Of a stretch of 64,000 nucleotides of DNA, positions 11,278-24,779 are shown piece after piece. This DNA comes from Octopus bimaculoides (lineage: Eukaryota): contig NC_068990.1 in NCBI RefSeq assembly GCF_001194135.2, forward strand, positions 89,223,406 to 89,287,405, in the 5' to 3' direction. Under the pieces are notes generated by a model that ran no database searches, was not told where the DNA came from, and saw only the letters and a program-made list of their open reading frames with translations. Within the stretch, counting starts at the first letter, position 1. Each line of letters starts with the position of its first letter. The translations under genes were made by a program, and so were the position numbers.

Positions 11278-11879
11278 TATGTTCTAAGCTTAAAACCTGC
11301 TTTTTTTCATGGTCCGATCAGAGGTAGAATAGAACCCATAACTCTTTTATGCAAGCATAAAAAAGTGGATGTCAAAACAATTTTAACAATTGTGATGGTA
11401 GTGGTGGGGGTGATGAGGATGTTGTGTAGTCCTGGTCGGCACCATTTGACCAGGTGTATGGCATATAGTCACTTGAATGACTAAGTGCTATTCATAGAAC
11501 TAGTCTTCCAGATTTACTGTGATTCTCTACCTACTTAACTACCTCTGCTGTATAGTGGTGTATGATATGAAGTGCAACATAACAGGCTAAACAAACTGTA
11601 TTTTCTCCATTGGATTCCACCCACTTGTTTCCAAGTGAGACAATGATATCCCAGTCTACCAAACAACAAACAGTTTGGACATGTTTACTGGGAGAACTGG
11701 AAGCAAACAACACCATAAGAATAAAGCTTTTTGTAGATAAAGATCATACAACATGTTAAAACATGTCAGAAAGCCAGGACATGCTTTCATGGTGGAATGC
11801 AAGCAAATCACTGAAGCCATTGTTTAAAATCAGCAAATGAACACATGTAGGCAAGAAAATATGAACTCACACACATGTG

Positions 11880-12042
11880 CACACACACAAGTGGTTGCTT
11901 TCAGTTTCCATTTACCAAGTCCATTCACAAGTCTTTGGTCAGCCTATGGCTATAGTAGAAAATATTTGCCCAAGGTGCCATGCGGTAGGACTGAACCTGA
12001 AACCATATAGTTGGGAAATAAACTTCTTAGGCACACAGCCAT
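11880..12042 (-). mobile_element. SINE family A 5' part
   Basis: Reverse complement of the family A head. Confidence 0.8.
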
Positions 12043-13199
12043 GCCTTTTCTTTTACAAGTGTCACAAGTTTCATGCAATCATTTTGTGCCAGTCTGTTTG
12101 CTTCAAAAAGATTCTTCTTCAAATAATGACTTTTATTAAGAAGTGTTTTGTCATGTCTTCATGTTAGCTTCATGGAACAAGAATGGTTCAGCTCCAGACT
12201 ACCAATCATTGAGAAGAATTACCTGGAGACACCATCTGCAATAAACATAATAACTGAATAAATGTTATCATGTATAATGTAGTAAGCAACAACAAAAGAA
12301 AAGTCAATTAAAAACCTAACCTAAGCTTTAGAAGCTATTAAATGTCAGTATTTAATTAACTCTGGTTTCATTACACAAGGTGAACGGCAGTTCTTCTCCT
12401 GAATAGAACAGCAATCTAGTGCAGATAACATTCCTATATGATTTGGCAGTACCCATTCTCCCAAATAGCTAGGATGAACTATGGCAATGTAGGCTCAAAC
12501 CACAACAAAGCAATTTTCTCAACCAGAGTTTAACTAACAACAACAACAACAAAAATTATCAACAGTGGATCTGCTTTGAACCTCTTGCCCAGGGCTTGGT
12601 AGTTCAATACCCTGGCCACTTGGCCACTTTGTCTGTACACATCACAACCGGTTTTCTCAAATTCTAGTGTTTATTCTTTTGTGTGAAAAAAACCGTATAA
12701 AGTTGAGTCTGTTTGTATAACGAGAGAAGGAAAATCTGGCATTTCAAGTAATGTCCAAGTAGACGATTACAGTTCCTCTTGAATTTTGATTTTTATCTGT
12801 TCCATGCCAAAGCATAAATTGAGATATCTTGATGTGTCATGGGGAAAAGGAATGTCTAACATTTTTGCAGCAGTGCCAAAGAAGCAAATCACTAGTCTTC
12901 TTGAATTCTTAGTATTTATGCTTTTTTTTTTTTTTTTTTTAAATACCTGAACAAAGGTAACTTGGTGTTTTGTAAAGAATAGAAAAATCTTAAATATTAT
13001 GCAAGGTCAAAGCAGACAACCATTAAACTCTTTGAAATAGCAATTTTAACCTTTCTGTAAAATACTATAAAGGGAAATATACTGATGTAGGTTTAGGAGT
13101 AAGAGAATTTAGTATATCAAGTAAGGTCTGGGGTGGTGGACAGGCAGCATGTTGTTGTTGTCATTGTTGTCAGCAGTTGGTGGCAGCAGCTGTGGCGTT

Positions 13200-13390
13200 G
13201 GTGTCGTCATCATCATCATCATTTAATGTCCGTTTTCCTTGCTGGCGTGAGCTGGATGATTTGATAAGAGCTGGCAAGCCAGAGGACTTTGCTAAGCTCT
13301 TCTGTCTGTTTTGACATGGTTTCTGTGACTGGGTTCCCTTCTTAAGGCCAACCACTTTACAGAGTGTTATGAATGACCAGTAATTCCTGG
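13200..13390 (-). mobile_element. Retroposon 3' tail, family D, (GAT)n end
   Basis: catcatcatttaatgtccgttttcc matches the 63820-64000 family. Confidence 0.7.
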
Positions 13391-14739
13391 CTCAAAGAAA
13401 CCAATTTCCAGTCATAGTCCAAAACAGTAAAGTGTCATAATAGTGCTATCCACAATATTCCCAATTAAACGTATATTATTCAAAATGGCCACTCTCTCTT
13501 TGATCATCAAATGTGCATGCCCTTTATGTCAAGGGAAATCACTGAAATCATAGCACAATTTGCATAACACAGAGTGTACCAGAGTCTTTGTTCATGGCAC
13601 CAGCACTGACAGGGTCACCAAGTAACTTGCAAGACAAATTTCCCTCGACTGTGGGGAGTAGTACTAAAGGAAGTGGTTTTTGTGCTAGTTGATGAGAGGT
13701 TAAAAGAATAATAGAGGGATAGAGGTAGGTGTCTTGCTGTAGAAGAGATACAAGGATACCCCAGTTGGAGAAGAAGGGAGACAAAGAGAGACTTAAGAAA
13801 GATAGAGATCGAGAGAGTGAGAGGGATGGTGGTGGATATGTGTCAGGACATACCAGTGAGGTATTTAGTAACAAGTCTTTGTGTGCTCTGAGTTCAAATT
13901 CTGCCAATGTCAGCTTTATATTTTATCCTTCTAGGGTCAATAAAATGAATACAAATCATATAATAGGGTCCTTATATTCAAATAGACCTTCTCCCAAAAC
14001 TTGTGACTTTGTGCTTATGTTAGAAATCAATAGATGGAGCAGAGCCAAAGTAGACATTAAATAGTCTTCATGAATTTTAAATGACATTCCTTTGTCATTT
14101 TGGTCAAGTCATATTAATCATTAGAAATACACATACATTGTTATATTCACTTTTATTTTTATTGTTATTTTGTTGTAGTAATAATAGTATAAATTATTAA
14201 ATAACCTTTCCTTTTTATTTCCTTTAGACTTTCAGATTTTACATTAATAATACAAATCTCTATCAGCAAATGTTTTATTTTGTTCCTGTATTTAATTTTT
14301 TTTTTTTTAAACTGAGACTCCATGGTTTTTCTCTTCCCAAATCATCATTGACAATTCTTTTAGTGCCTTCTGTTTTCATTCCAGTCAATTCTATCGATAT
14401 AATTCTCTCCTCAGCAGTCTCCATAAATAATTTGCTCATTCTCATACAACAGCTGTTATCTTTAAACCATATCTCTTCAGCTTTCACTGCCAGAAGCTGG
14501 CTTTCCTTTCCAAAACTACTGGCCTCCTAACTTCAACACTTTGGCAACAGTACACTTGCCTTTATTATGTTCTTTGCTGACAGCTATTCTGTTTCAACTC
14601 TAAGGATATTTCACTGAAACAAAGACACTTCTGAGGAAAATTTAATATTCAGGTGGTCTTCCTATGCTTTAATCTTGTTGTTGTTTCTCTTGTTGCTAGT
14701 GTTGTTGTTGTTGTGCAGTTGGTGTCAAGAACATGTTTA

Positions 14740-14984
14740 CTTTGGTAATATTTACATACATGCATATATATTGTATGTATGCATGTATATATGTGTTTGT
14801 GCGTGTGTTTGTATGTGTGTGTGTGTGTGTGTGTATACATATACACAGCAAACACATATATATATTTGTAGATACATCCATCCATATCTATATATATATA
14901 TATATATATATACACATACACACACATATATACATACACATACATATATAGATATACATATGTATATATATGTGTAAATATGTG

Positions 14985-15040
<56 letters not shown>

Positions 15041-15080
15041 ATAGATCCATACATAACTGTGTATATATCTCTGTATGTGT
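14740..15080. repeat. Compound (TA)/(GT)/(CA) microsatellite
   Basis: Visible; source of several spurious ORFs. Confidence 0.95.
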
Positions 15081-15290
15081 GTGCATTAGCTTGGTTTTCA
15101 ATTTTCAGCCATTTTTATATCTGTAAGATCTGTAGCATCACATGTAAGAAAAATGGATTTTGTGATGTTCCCATACATACCAAAAATAGTTTATTATGTG
15201 TGTGCATATATATATATATATGCACTTACAAACTCTCCACAGTTGCTACTATATCTTAATGCTTTGCGATGTGATTCAGGATTTTATTAA

Positions 15291-15518
15291 TTAACCTTTT
15301 CGTTACCAACCCAGCTGAAATCGGCTCTGGCTCTGAATACAAATGCCTTGTTTTCATAAGTTCTGAATTAAAATCTTCCACCAAAGTTTGGTCACAATTT
15401 ATGTTCCTAACACTAGCTAAATAATAACTACGTTATTTTACTAATTTCTTTGTTATATTTAAAATAATTGAAAGAAACACAGAGCATCTCAAAATAAATA
15501 CAGTAACGAAAGGGTTAA
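15291..15518. mobile_element. piggyBac-type MITE
   Basis: ttaa-ccttttcgttac...gtaacgaaaggg-ttaa: TIRs flanked by TTAA; interior shared with 21035 and 36190. Confidence 0.8.
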
Positions 15519-17229
15519 ACCTTTAGTTGTATTGAAAAGTACTAACAATAGTATAATATGTGTGTGTGTGTGTGTGTACATACATACATATGTAATTACA
15601 TATGGTACATGGTCATGCAATGCACACCAGCTGAAGAAGAGCAGTGACCAAATCATTAAAGATCCATACAGATACCCACACCATTTTACAAAACACAAGT
15701 TTTTTCCATAAGTTTGACAAAGTTATATCTAAATATGTTTACATCTACTGCAGTTAAATAAATTAAATAGGCCATACTCTTTGCAAGGCTCTCTAGAAAC
15801 TAGCTGTAAAAAGTAAGCTTAAAACGAACCAGTACAAGTGAACAAACAAAGCATTTAGAAGTAGGGATAAGGCCCATTTGACAGCTGACATTTCATTTCA
15901 CCCACCTGCTCTTCTGAATCAATGTTACAGATATAAGACCAGTAATGTGGGTCAACCAGTGGGTGAATTCACTAAAGGTTAAAGGTTATCATTTCATCTC
16001 ACCCTCACTCTGTTTGGTTTCAGAAATGGAATCAAATCTTTAATTGATTTTTAAAGTGCTTTTTCTTGTTACAAAGGAATTTTAATGATTGATATATTGC
16101 CATTTCCTCCCACCATTTTTATTGTAGAACATAGTTGGAATAAAGGAGTTTTCAAAGATGCTAGTGGTTGTTGTTTTGACCCAGGCTAGTCCTGATTCTA
16201 TAGATCTGTCATTGAAAGCTTTCCGCCTGTGACCATCCTCTTCTTTCCCAGACAAAATGTGTGTTTATAGAACTACATTTTTGATGCTCCCTTCTTTGTT
16301 ATTTTGCCTCTTATCCAATAGATCTATGATCATTTGTATTCTATCTATGGCCGACTCATCTTTTTCGTTTAGGCATCATCATCATCATTGTACATCATTG
16401 TCTTACATCAGCATTTAGCATATTTTCTGTGATAATGTTTCAGGGCCAGATGTCCTTCCTTTTAGTCGTCTCTTGTGACATGCAAGGATTTGATGTGTCT
16501 ATTCTAAAACTAGGGTATGCAAATTAATATAAAATACGTATTACTACATTGCCTAATGTGGTCCTTGCTTTTTAAAGACAGTAGAACATGGGTTGAGGGA
16601 CATTTGACAGCTATTCTTAGGAAGACAAGCAACTTCAGTATTCTTCGTTGCTTTAGTGTCGAAGTAGCAGAGAAGCAGGACTAAATTATTTTTCAGTGTT
16701 TTATGTTGCTTTATATTCTGAGTTCAAATCCAGTTGAAGTTGACCTCCATAAGCAGAAATTATGACCAAAGAGAACATGTGTGTATTCTGTATTCCATTC
16801 CAAGCAGTTGTAGCAGTTGATATAATGGTGAAACAAAGTACCCATTAAATGGAAAGCAAGAGGAACATCATAATGCTGTAATCTGCAGGGAGAGAGACAA
16901 ATCAGGCATGGTTGATCATTTGTGGAGGGAAAATGGATGTCACTGATCCTTGTGGAACAACCAAGAATATAGAGGGAAAACAACACTGAAATACAGAATG
17001 ACTGAAATAATCAGGACATATGTTGGGCTTCCATAATTTGTTGATTAGCCTAGCATAATGATGAATATCATATGGAAGCTTTAATATTAAACCTACAGAA
17101 AATTTAGATTTTAAGTTCCTAATGCTGATAACTTAATTGTCCTATGGGGCAATGGGGTAGTGAACATAAACATTGATTGAACCGTTTGATATCAATCTAC
17201 CCTGATATGAAGATCACCTCTGGTTCATC

Positions 17230-17705
17230 AAATCCCTGCATGTCAAAGAAATAAACTGCGTTTTAAATTGATTACCTTATCACCACCCTCTTTATCTCTG
17301 TAGCTTCACTCCAATTACTCCCACTCACCATTGTATAATATGAAGCAGCCATGTATCTCTTCTACACCAAGAAACCTGTTTCTGTCCTTTCTATCAGACT
17401 TTAACCTCTCAGCACCTCATATAAAGCTGCTTTCCTCTCTACTGTACTCCCTTTCAGTCAAGGCAATTCTTTAGCTTTGTGAGTTACATGGCATCCTTAC
17501 TATTGCTAATGCTTCAAAAAGCATGCAGTACACTCTGTGGTTAGCGCTAGGAAGGGCATTCGGCTGTAACAATTCTGCCAAAGTAGATATTGAAGTACAA
17601 TATACTCCTCTGTCTTGTCAGATTCTGTGGAAATGCCCAACCCATGCCAGCAGAGAAGACAGACGTTAAATGATGGTGATGATGATGATGATAGTGGTGG
17701 TGGTG
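17230..17705 (+). mobile_element. Composite retroposon: pyrimidine-rich head plus family D tail
   Basis: tctttagctttgtgagtt...aggaagggcattc...gatgatgat. Confidence 0.6.
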
Positions 17706-17920
17706 GTATATGAATATTCAAGGTATATAAACCAAGATATGCAAGGAATATATTAAATCATTATAAAATGATTTACCTAATTACTATTAAATAATGATTT
17801 ACTAAACAAATCTATTGTAAATGGAAATCACCTAAGGTTTATATTCTGGCTGTAAATATTTAATTTACTTCATGAATATTTATTGAAAATAAATGAACAT
17901 CGCCACTCTTAATCCCTCCA

Positions 17921-17924
<4 letters not shown>

Positions 17925-17987
<63 letters not shown>
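17925..17987. repeat. (TC)n microsatellite
   Basis: Visible. Confidence 0.97.
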
Positions 17988-17991
<4 letters not shown>

Positions 17992-18949
17992 ACACACACA
18001 CTTCTTGAAGTCAATAAAAGCAAACACTCACAAACACATACCTATTGGCCATGAAAGGTTTATTTAACTAGTGTGGAAGAAGACTGAACAGTTTCCTGTT
18101 TGCAGTTTATTACAATTTATTATTTATCAATGACATCTTATAGACATCAACAGCTGAGGCAGGCTGTTACCATTCACTTTGTGTTGTGGTGTCAGTTAAT
18201 GGTTGAATTGTAGTTTAGCAAGTTAAATTTATTCTCCACTAACTGATAGACATAACAGTCTGAAAGCATTCGGGACACATGCTATATATTTAGTGCCTTC
18301 AACACCAACTAGCATGAAACAGCCTCAATTAAAGTGATTACATTTAAAATTCAAATCCAGCTGAAATGTCATTATTACATTAAAGATAATATCGTATATC
18401 AATATGTAAACATTTGTTATTTGTTGGAAGTAATTTATTTTATTAAACCTCTCATGATTCTTGACTATTTTGAAAATTTAACCATAAAGACAGAATACAG
18501 TCCCAATAGGGTTGATGATTGCAATAAATGGTTCTCAAGGCCCTTGAAGGACCTTTCGAGTTGGTGCAGCTTTCTTTTGATGATGAGAAGCAGATAGATT
18601 AAAGAGAAATTTCAGTTCCTAGACAGATCACTTGTATGTCACAGGTAACATTCCCATTTGATCTAGTTTTTTTTTTCTTTTATTATATCTGGTCAGATAA
18701 TGTAACTGTTTTTCTATACAGGAAAAAGGGATGAGAAATAAACCTCTTTCTGGTTAAGGTTGTGGTTTATCCCAGGCAGGATCTAAAAAAGTGGTTTCAA
18801 GTACATTGGGGCTTGGAGAGTCAAAATGAGGCCCTTGAAAATCTGATGGCTTCTTGCTGAAAGAAAACCTCAATAATCCCTTCCATCACTTTATAAAAGT
18901 TAGCAAACATGTAGCTTTTCAAATATTTTATTAGCTTCTTACCAAGACC

Positions 18950-20080
18950 TGTCTATTTTTTTCTGAGGCAAATGGAACATTTCACCCTGTGAAAGGGTGA
19001 ATGAGTGACAATACCTATGAACAAGGGTGTCAGACATGTTTGATTCATCTTTATGTCTGATTAAATTTGAATCAGACATTTAATGTTGTCTGAATTTATC
19101 CAATTTATTGGCTCATAAGTTCTGGCAAAGAAACTTGAAAGTATCATGCATTTTGCTTCTCATCTTAACAACATTCAGTTAGCATTGCAAGATTTTTTGG
19201 AGCTTAACAGACTGTACAAGAAGTGAAGTGAATGAAATATTAGTAAAACCTACACACTTTGCTTGCATGTTAATTTTGGCTGTTTGATATAAGGTATTGA
19301 TTTTTGTAGATATTTGCAACAAGTCTGTTAAACCAGAGGTGTCACATTGGATGTGAAGGGAAATTTCTTTGAAGATTTAAAGAAGATATGAAACAACTGG
19401 AAAAACATCTGGAAAGAAGCTAAAGAGGTGACATCAGATCTTGAGATGGAAATCAAACTCCCACAAGTATGTGAAGGTGTGAGACAAAAGAAGGGAGCAT
19501 GATGACACAACTTCTGATGCCAATTTTCAGAAACATCTGATACAGAGGATTTGCAAGCTGAGGCCCATATTAATGTTAAAGTTTTGATTGATATTGCAGA
19601 ATTTATTATACTTTTTAATGTCAAGTGGTTCACAGAAAATTTTGATTTCCTCAGGAAATGTCTCACAATATCTGAAAGTAAAGAGGTGAAAAAAAAGTGA
19701 AGCTGTTTGAACATCATTATTCCACTGACCTTCAGAATGAAAAATTTGCAACAAAATACATTCACCATCAATACATAAAACAAATTTTGGAAACCAGAAC
19801 TGAAATCTTTAGAACTGCTAAATTTATCAACTGACTAAAAACTTTGTGAGATATTTCCAAATATTTGTGCTAATTTGAGAATACTGTTGACAATTCCAGC
19901 TGCAATAGCATCTGTAAAAAAATCTTTCAGCAAACTTAAACATAGCAAAAACCTTTTAAAGGGCAATGTGTCTTACCTGTTAATTTAGCCAGAAGGAATA
20001 TTGAATCAAACATTGCCAGATAAACTGACTTGTGATAATGTTATAAGAAATTTTTTTAGATAAAAATGTTTGAAGGAAAA
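18950..20080 (+). mobile_element. hAT transposase relic (C-terminal half)
   Basis: IFPNICANLRILLTIPAAIASVKKSFSKLK at ~19851-19950 matches the hAT dimerization domain (FPN...RILLTIP...AS.ERSFSKLK); many stops and frameshifts. Confidence 0.8.
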
Positions 20081-20289
20081 GGTTATTTCTTTAATTGATG
20101 AGGCTCGTTGTATAAAGTAAATTATAATCTGGTTATTCTGGAGAACAGGGAATAAAGCATATTCATTAGGTTATCAGTGGTTATATTTAGATTTCTTGAG
20201 ATTAGCCAACATGTAAAAATATGCTTTTATAATTATACATCAAAAATTGCCTATTTTGTTGTTGTTGTTGTTATTTCTTCTTTATCATC

Positions 20290-20416
20290 ATCATCATCAT
20301 TTTCATGTTCATTTTTCAGTGTTTGCTTTGGTTAGATGGAATTTGTTGAGGCAGATTTTCTATGGGTGGATGCCTTTCCTGTTGTTAACCCTCACCTATT
20401 TCCATGCAAGGTAATA
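20290..20416 (-). mobile_element. Family D tail fragment, truncated by a LINE
   Basis: catcatcat...ggatgcctttcc...gtaatatttccc. Confidence 0.7.
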
Positions 20417-20820
20417 TTTCCCTGTGTGATGTGGAAAATATTCCATCAATATTGCACAAATGATGTTGGCATCAATTTTAAAATCCACCCAAGACTTGGC
20501 CCCCGTGCTATCCACCCACTACAAAAATCGAACTCAGGACACATAACAACATTACGACACAACTACTTTACTTCAACTGGTCCAGCTCTTTTTAATATCA
20601 TACCAAAATATGTCAAAACAGAAACAGATCCCATAAAATCTTAAAGTTCTCTGGACAAATTTCTTCAAAAATCCTGGACCAACCTTCTACACCTGGATAT
20701 GTCTCCAACAATAATAACTCTTTGCTAGAGTTGCCCATGGTGTCCCATATATGACTAAAAGGCTTCACCAGGTGGTGCTATTAAGTTAGACATGGTTTGG
20801 GCCTTTACATGACCTAGGCC
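20417..20820 (+). mobile_element. CR1-type LINE 3' end, same family as 62345-63200
   Basis: MWKIFHQYCTNDVGINFKIHPRLGP...RHNYFTSTGPALFNIIPK matches ORF 62470..62754; shared 3' UTR motif ggtggt...aagttagacatgg. Confidence 0.85.
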
Positions 20821-21034
20821 TATATTTTATATATACCAACTTGTTTATGAATATCTTTTGTTTCATATAAAAATACTCTGAGACTATCGCTGTTTTTATA
20901 TAAACCAACTCGCCTAAGAATATCTTGGGTTCTATGAGTCAAAACCTCTCATTTTAAGGTGTTCATATTTAAACTAAAACCTCCCTTTACAATCTTAAGT
21001 AAGACCCTTTCATTAATTATTTTTGAACAGTGGC

Positions 21035-21419
21035 TTAACCCTTTTTATACTAACCTGCTTGAAACCACCACCCCTGGTCCTTTAATACAAACATTACATT
21101 TTAAAGTGATCTAAATTAAGACCTTCCATCAAAATTTCATGTTAATTTATGTTCCAATACCAGACTAAATAATGACAAAGTTATTTTACTAATTTCCTTA
21201 TTATTTTCAAAATTAATTGAAACAAAGCATGAGGAAGGGCATCCAGCTGTAGAAACTCTGCCAAATCAGATTGGAGCCTGGTGTCGCCTCCTGGTCCACC
21301 AGTCCTCAGTCAAATCGTCCAACCCATGCTAGCATGGAAAGCGGACGTTGACCGACAATGATGATGATGATGATGAAAGGTGATGCATTTCAACAGAAAT
21401 GTGATAACAAATGGGTTAA
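21035..21419. mobile_element. piggyBac-type MITE with a family D tail inserted at ~21229-21376
   Basis: ttaacccttt...atgggttaa ends; interior colinear with 15291-15518 on both sides of the insert. Confidence 0.75.
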
Positions 21420-22199
21420 TGATGAAAATGTTATTTTTATCAAATGCTTCCCAATACATAATCATTTTCAAAATATTTGAAATCTATCAAAAGTGCATTT
21501 TGTAAATGTGGTCCCAAGAGTGTTAAACACAGTAAATTATAGACAGTGACAAAATACTTCTGGGTATTTAGTTCACTTTTCTACCACTTCTGACACTCTA
21601 CCACCTGCTAAATTATTATAGAAAGAGTTTCTGTCTTCACTTGACTGATCTGATATTAATATGGGGAAAAAAGGAAAGAATGACTGTAATAAAAATGGTC
21701 TTTTAATCAGTGGCTGAAGGCTTTGAACAGCAAGTTGCCCAAGGCTGACAGCTACTTTTGAAGCCTTTCAGGAGGAAATACACACATAACATCTGTTCTT
21801 GTGTGACCAGTGAACTCAAACAAGGTCATGTTGAGTGACTGACTGCTTGGGAAACCAGGTGCTGTGAATATTTTGTGTTGTATGTGTGTAGCCTAACTAT
21901 CTGCTTAGTTGACTGCTTGGAGATGGTTGCAGTGGGATAACCTTACACTTTAATAATCCATCCATTCCCATTCTCTGTCTCTCTCTCTATCTCTGTCGTT
22001 TCCTTTCAGATTCTTTCCCTTCTTCTGTGATGATTACTTCTCCGGTTCTTCTTTGCTTCACCAACCAGCCTGCCATCTATCTATCCACTCATCAGGCTAG
22101 GTTGCCAACTCACTAAGCAGCTAGCCAGTCAACCAAGCTAGCTAAGACACCACTTCATACAATCACAACCAACACTTACTGGCAGGCGAACATTCCACG

Positions 22200-22410
22200 A
22201 GGGAGCCTGTATGTGGTCGCACAGCCTGTTAGAAGTAGCAGCTAAATCTTTTTTCAAATCACATCCCAATCATCTTCAAAAAAAGAAAGGATGCTCTAGA
22301 TAACGTAGCCCTCCTAGATGTCTGGGGGATGGAGAGGAAAGAAAAGAAAGAAGCTAGAATGCTTTTGACCATAGGTCTGCTTTATTAGGGTTGACCTAGG
22401 GCTAAACAGC
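22200..22410 (+). mobile_element. Family C SINE-like repeat
   Basis: gttagaagtagcagctaaat...gggctaaacagcaac. Confidence 0.7.
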
Positions 22411-22477
22411 AACTGTTATATAGCGTATTAGTTGCCTTTTTAGCACCACACTAGCCCTGAGTGAGTTGACCTATGAT

Positions 22478-22552
<75 letters not shown>

Positions 22553-23319
22553 CACACAATCTGATGCTCAAATCTCTTTAAATCTAATTAGCACACTAAA
22601 ATAGGACATCAATTAAACAAGTCAAAATACATAGTTGTTAGTTAAAAATTAACATTTTTGAAGTAAAATCTGTTGGATGGATGTAGTCAGAAATTGAACT
22701 CTCCATCAGGTTATCTCATACTTTTTTTCCCCCCTCTATCACATAGACCCTCCCCACTACTGGTGGAACAAATGAATGAATGAATGAAAGAATGAAAGGA
22801 TGAAAGAATAACTGTCTGCTTGAGAAAACCAGGTGTTATTATATGAATACTGCTGTTTGGCTGAGGTTGAAGCTGTTTTGGCTGTTTGGTTGTTTGAACC
22901 AACTGCCTACCTGCTTAGTGACTGCATTAACGGTGGGAGAAAAAGAGGCTGTGGGTTGGCGGTGTTAAAGATTGTTGTAGTAACAATAATTACACAAAGA
23001 CATAACAAAAGAAAAAAGAGGGAAGTGAATAGATTTCTGAACAGTGGATCATTCTATCCTGTCTACTTTCTGAAGAGCAAATAGACAAATAAATGAATAT
23101 ATATATTTTTTTAAATCATCCAAATTTTAGCAGTAATAGTTGCAGTAGTTTATATATGAATTTCCAAAGTTAAACTAAATGGCTTCGTTTTAAAAAAAGT
23201 AAATAAAATAGAATTATCATAAAAAAAAAAAAAATTCAAAATACTAATGAGTGGTGTAAAACTGACTCAGGAAATTGAAAATATTGATTTGTAGCCATAC
23301 AACACAAGGCCACATATTT

Positions 23320-23495
23320 AGGGAGTGGGTTCGTTCAGTCATTGAAATTGATCTTGACTGGTAAAGTATTTTAACAGCCCTGAAAGGATGAAAGACAAAG
23401 TTGACCTCAACAGGAGTTGAACTTAGAATGTAAAGGGCTGTAACTATAAATATTGCGAGGTATTTTGTCTGCCACCTAAACTTTTCTGGCAAACC
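23320..23495 (-). mobile_element. SINE family B
   Basis: ggatgaaagacaaagttgacctc...gaacttagaatg. Confidence 0.75.
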
Positions 23496-24224
23496 ACTTA
23501 TTGAAAACCATAAGAACTTGTGTTCTTGATGAATGCTACTTAAATTTACTGACTTTGGAAAGATGAAAGATAAAGTTGACTTGAGTATTATTTGAGTTTA
23601 GAACATGAAGAAACTCATCTGAATATCATGAGGGAATATCTTCACCTTCAATGCTCCACTGATTCTTCCTTATACCACATTTTCAAAATAAGATTATACG
23701 ACATAGAACAGCCATAATGTTTTGAGACTCTTAAGTTTTTCAAATGATTTCATAACAAATTTAAAAGTTTTGGCTTTATTTAACTAACCCCTCATACTCC
23801 TCCTGGTCCCTAGTTTCCTTCTTTCAGGTAGAGAGTTGCTAGAAACATTAGAACTAAATGGCCACTGAGGTTGCTGTTGCAGATTTTTCCCTCAATCTTT
23901 TTACTCAGGGGTGGGGGAGGCAGTGAGGAGGAGAAGGTATCATACTAGAGATCTGACTTGAATACTTAAAACACAGCGAACTTTATAAAAAGCACACAAG
24001 GTGCTAGGTGGTAGTGTTAGACCAAATTATGAATCAAATCTACCATCAAGGTAGGCTATGGTAGGATTTGAACTCAGAATGCAAAAGTCTAGAACAGAGA
24101 CTGCAAGGAATCTGGTCCAATGTTCTTATATGTTCATCAGTCCTCTGTCCTACATTGTTATTTTTTAATTGGTCTCAAAGGATAAGCGGCAATGTTATCT
24201 TGGCAGGACTTGAACTCATAAAGA

Positions 24225-24420
24225 TCCAGAACAAATATTGATTACAAATTTTGACATAAGGCTAGCAATTTCAGGAAAGGAGATTACATCAACCCCAGTG
24301 TTCAACTGGTTCTTATCTTAAATCGACCTTCATGGAATTTGAACTCAGAACATAAGATGGATGAAATGCTGCTAAACATTTCGCTTGGCATGCTAACGAT
24401 CCTACCAGCTCACTGCCTTA
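24225..24420 (-). mobile_element. SINE family B
   Basis: ggaatttgaactcagaac...gctaacgatcctaccagctc. Confidence 0.75.
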
Positions 24421-24779
24421 GTCAGAACAAACATTATGAAGCATCATTCTGCTTGATATTCTAATAACTTTGCCAGTTCCCAGCCTGAGTAGATGTATGA
24501 TGAAATGCATTCTCAGTTCTGATGTTTTCTTTATCTTTTACTCAGGGAAGATGGCAGGACCCATGATCTGTTGCAGAGTCTCCAAGACAGGTGGGAAGAG
24601 GGAGGAAGGTATCCATAAAGCAGAAACCTGGTTTCAATGCTTACAACAGAGTTAAGTCTATTACCCAAGTAGGCCATGGCAGAATTTGGACTCAGGATGC
24701 AAATAGCTGGAACAAAACAATCATACAGTTCCACCAATTAACCACTTAGTATTGGTATTATCTCATATTTGTATGTCTA

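Noticed and set aside
12948-13054. Minus-strand exon with good splice signals
   Set aside because: All three frames are closed and there is no other support.
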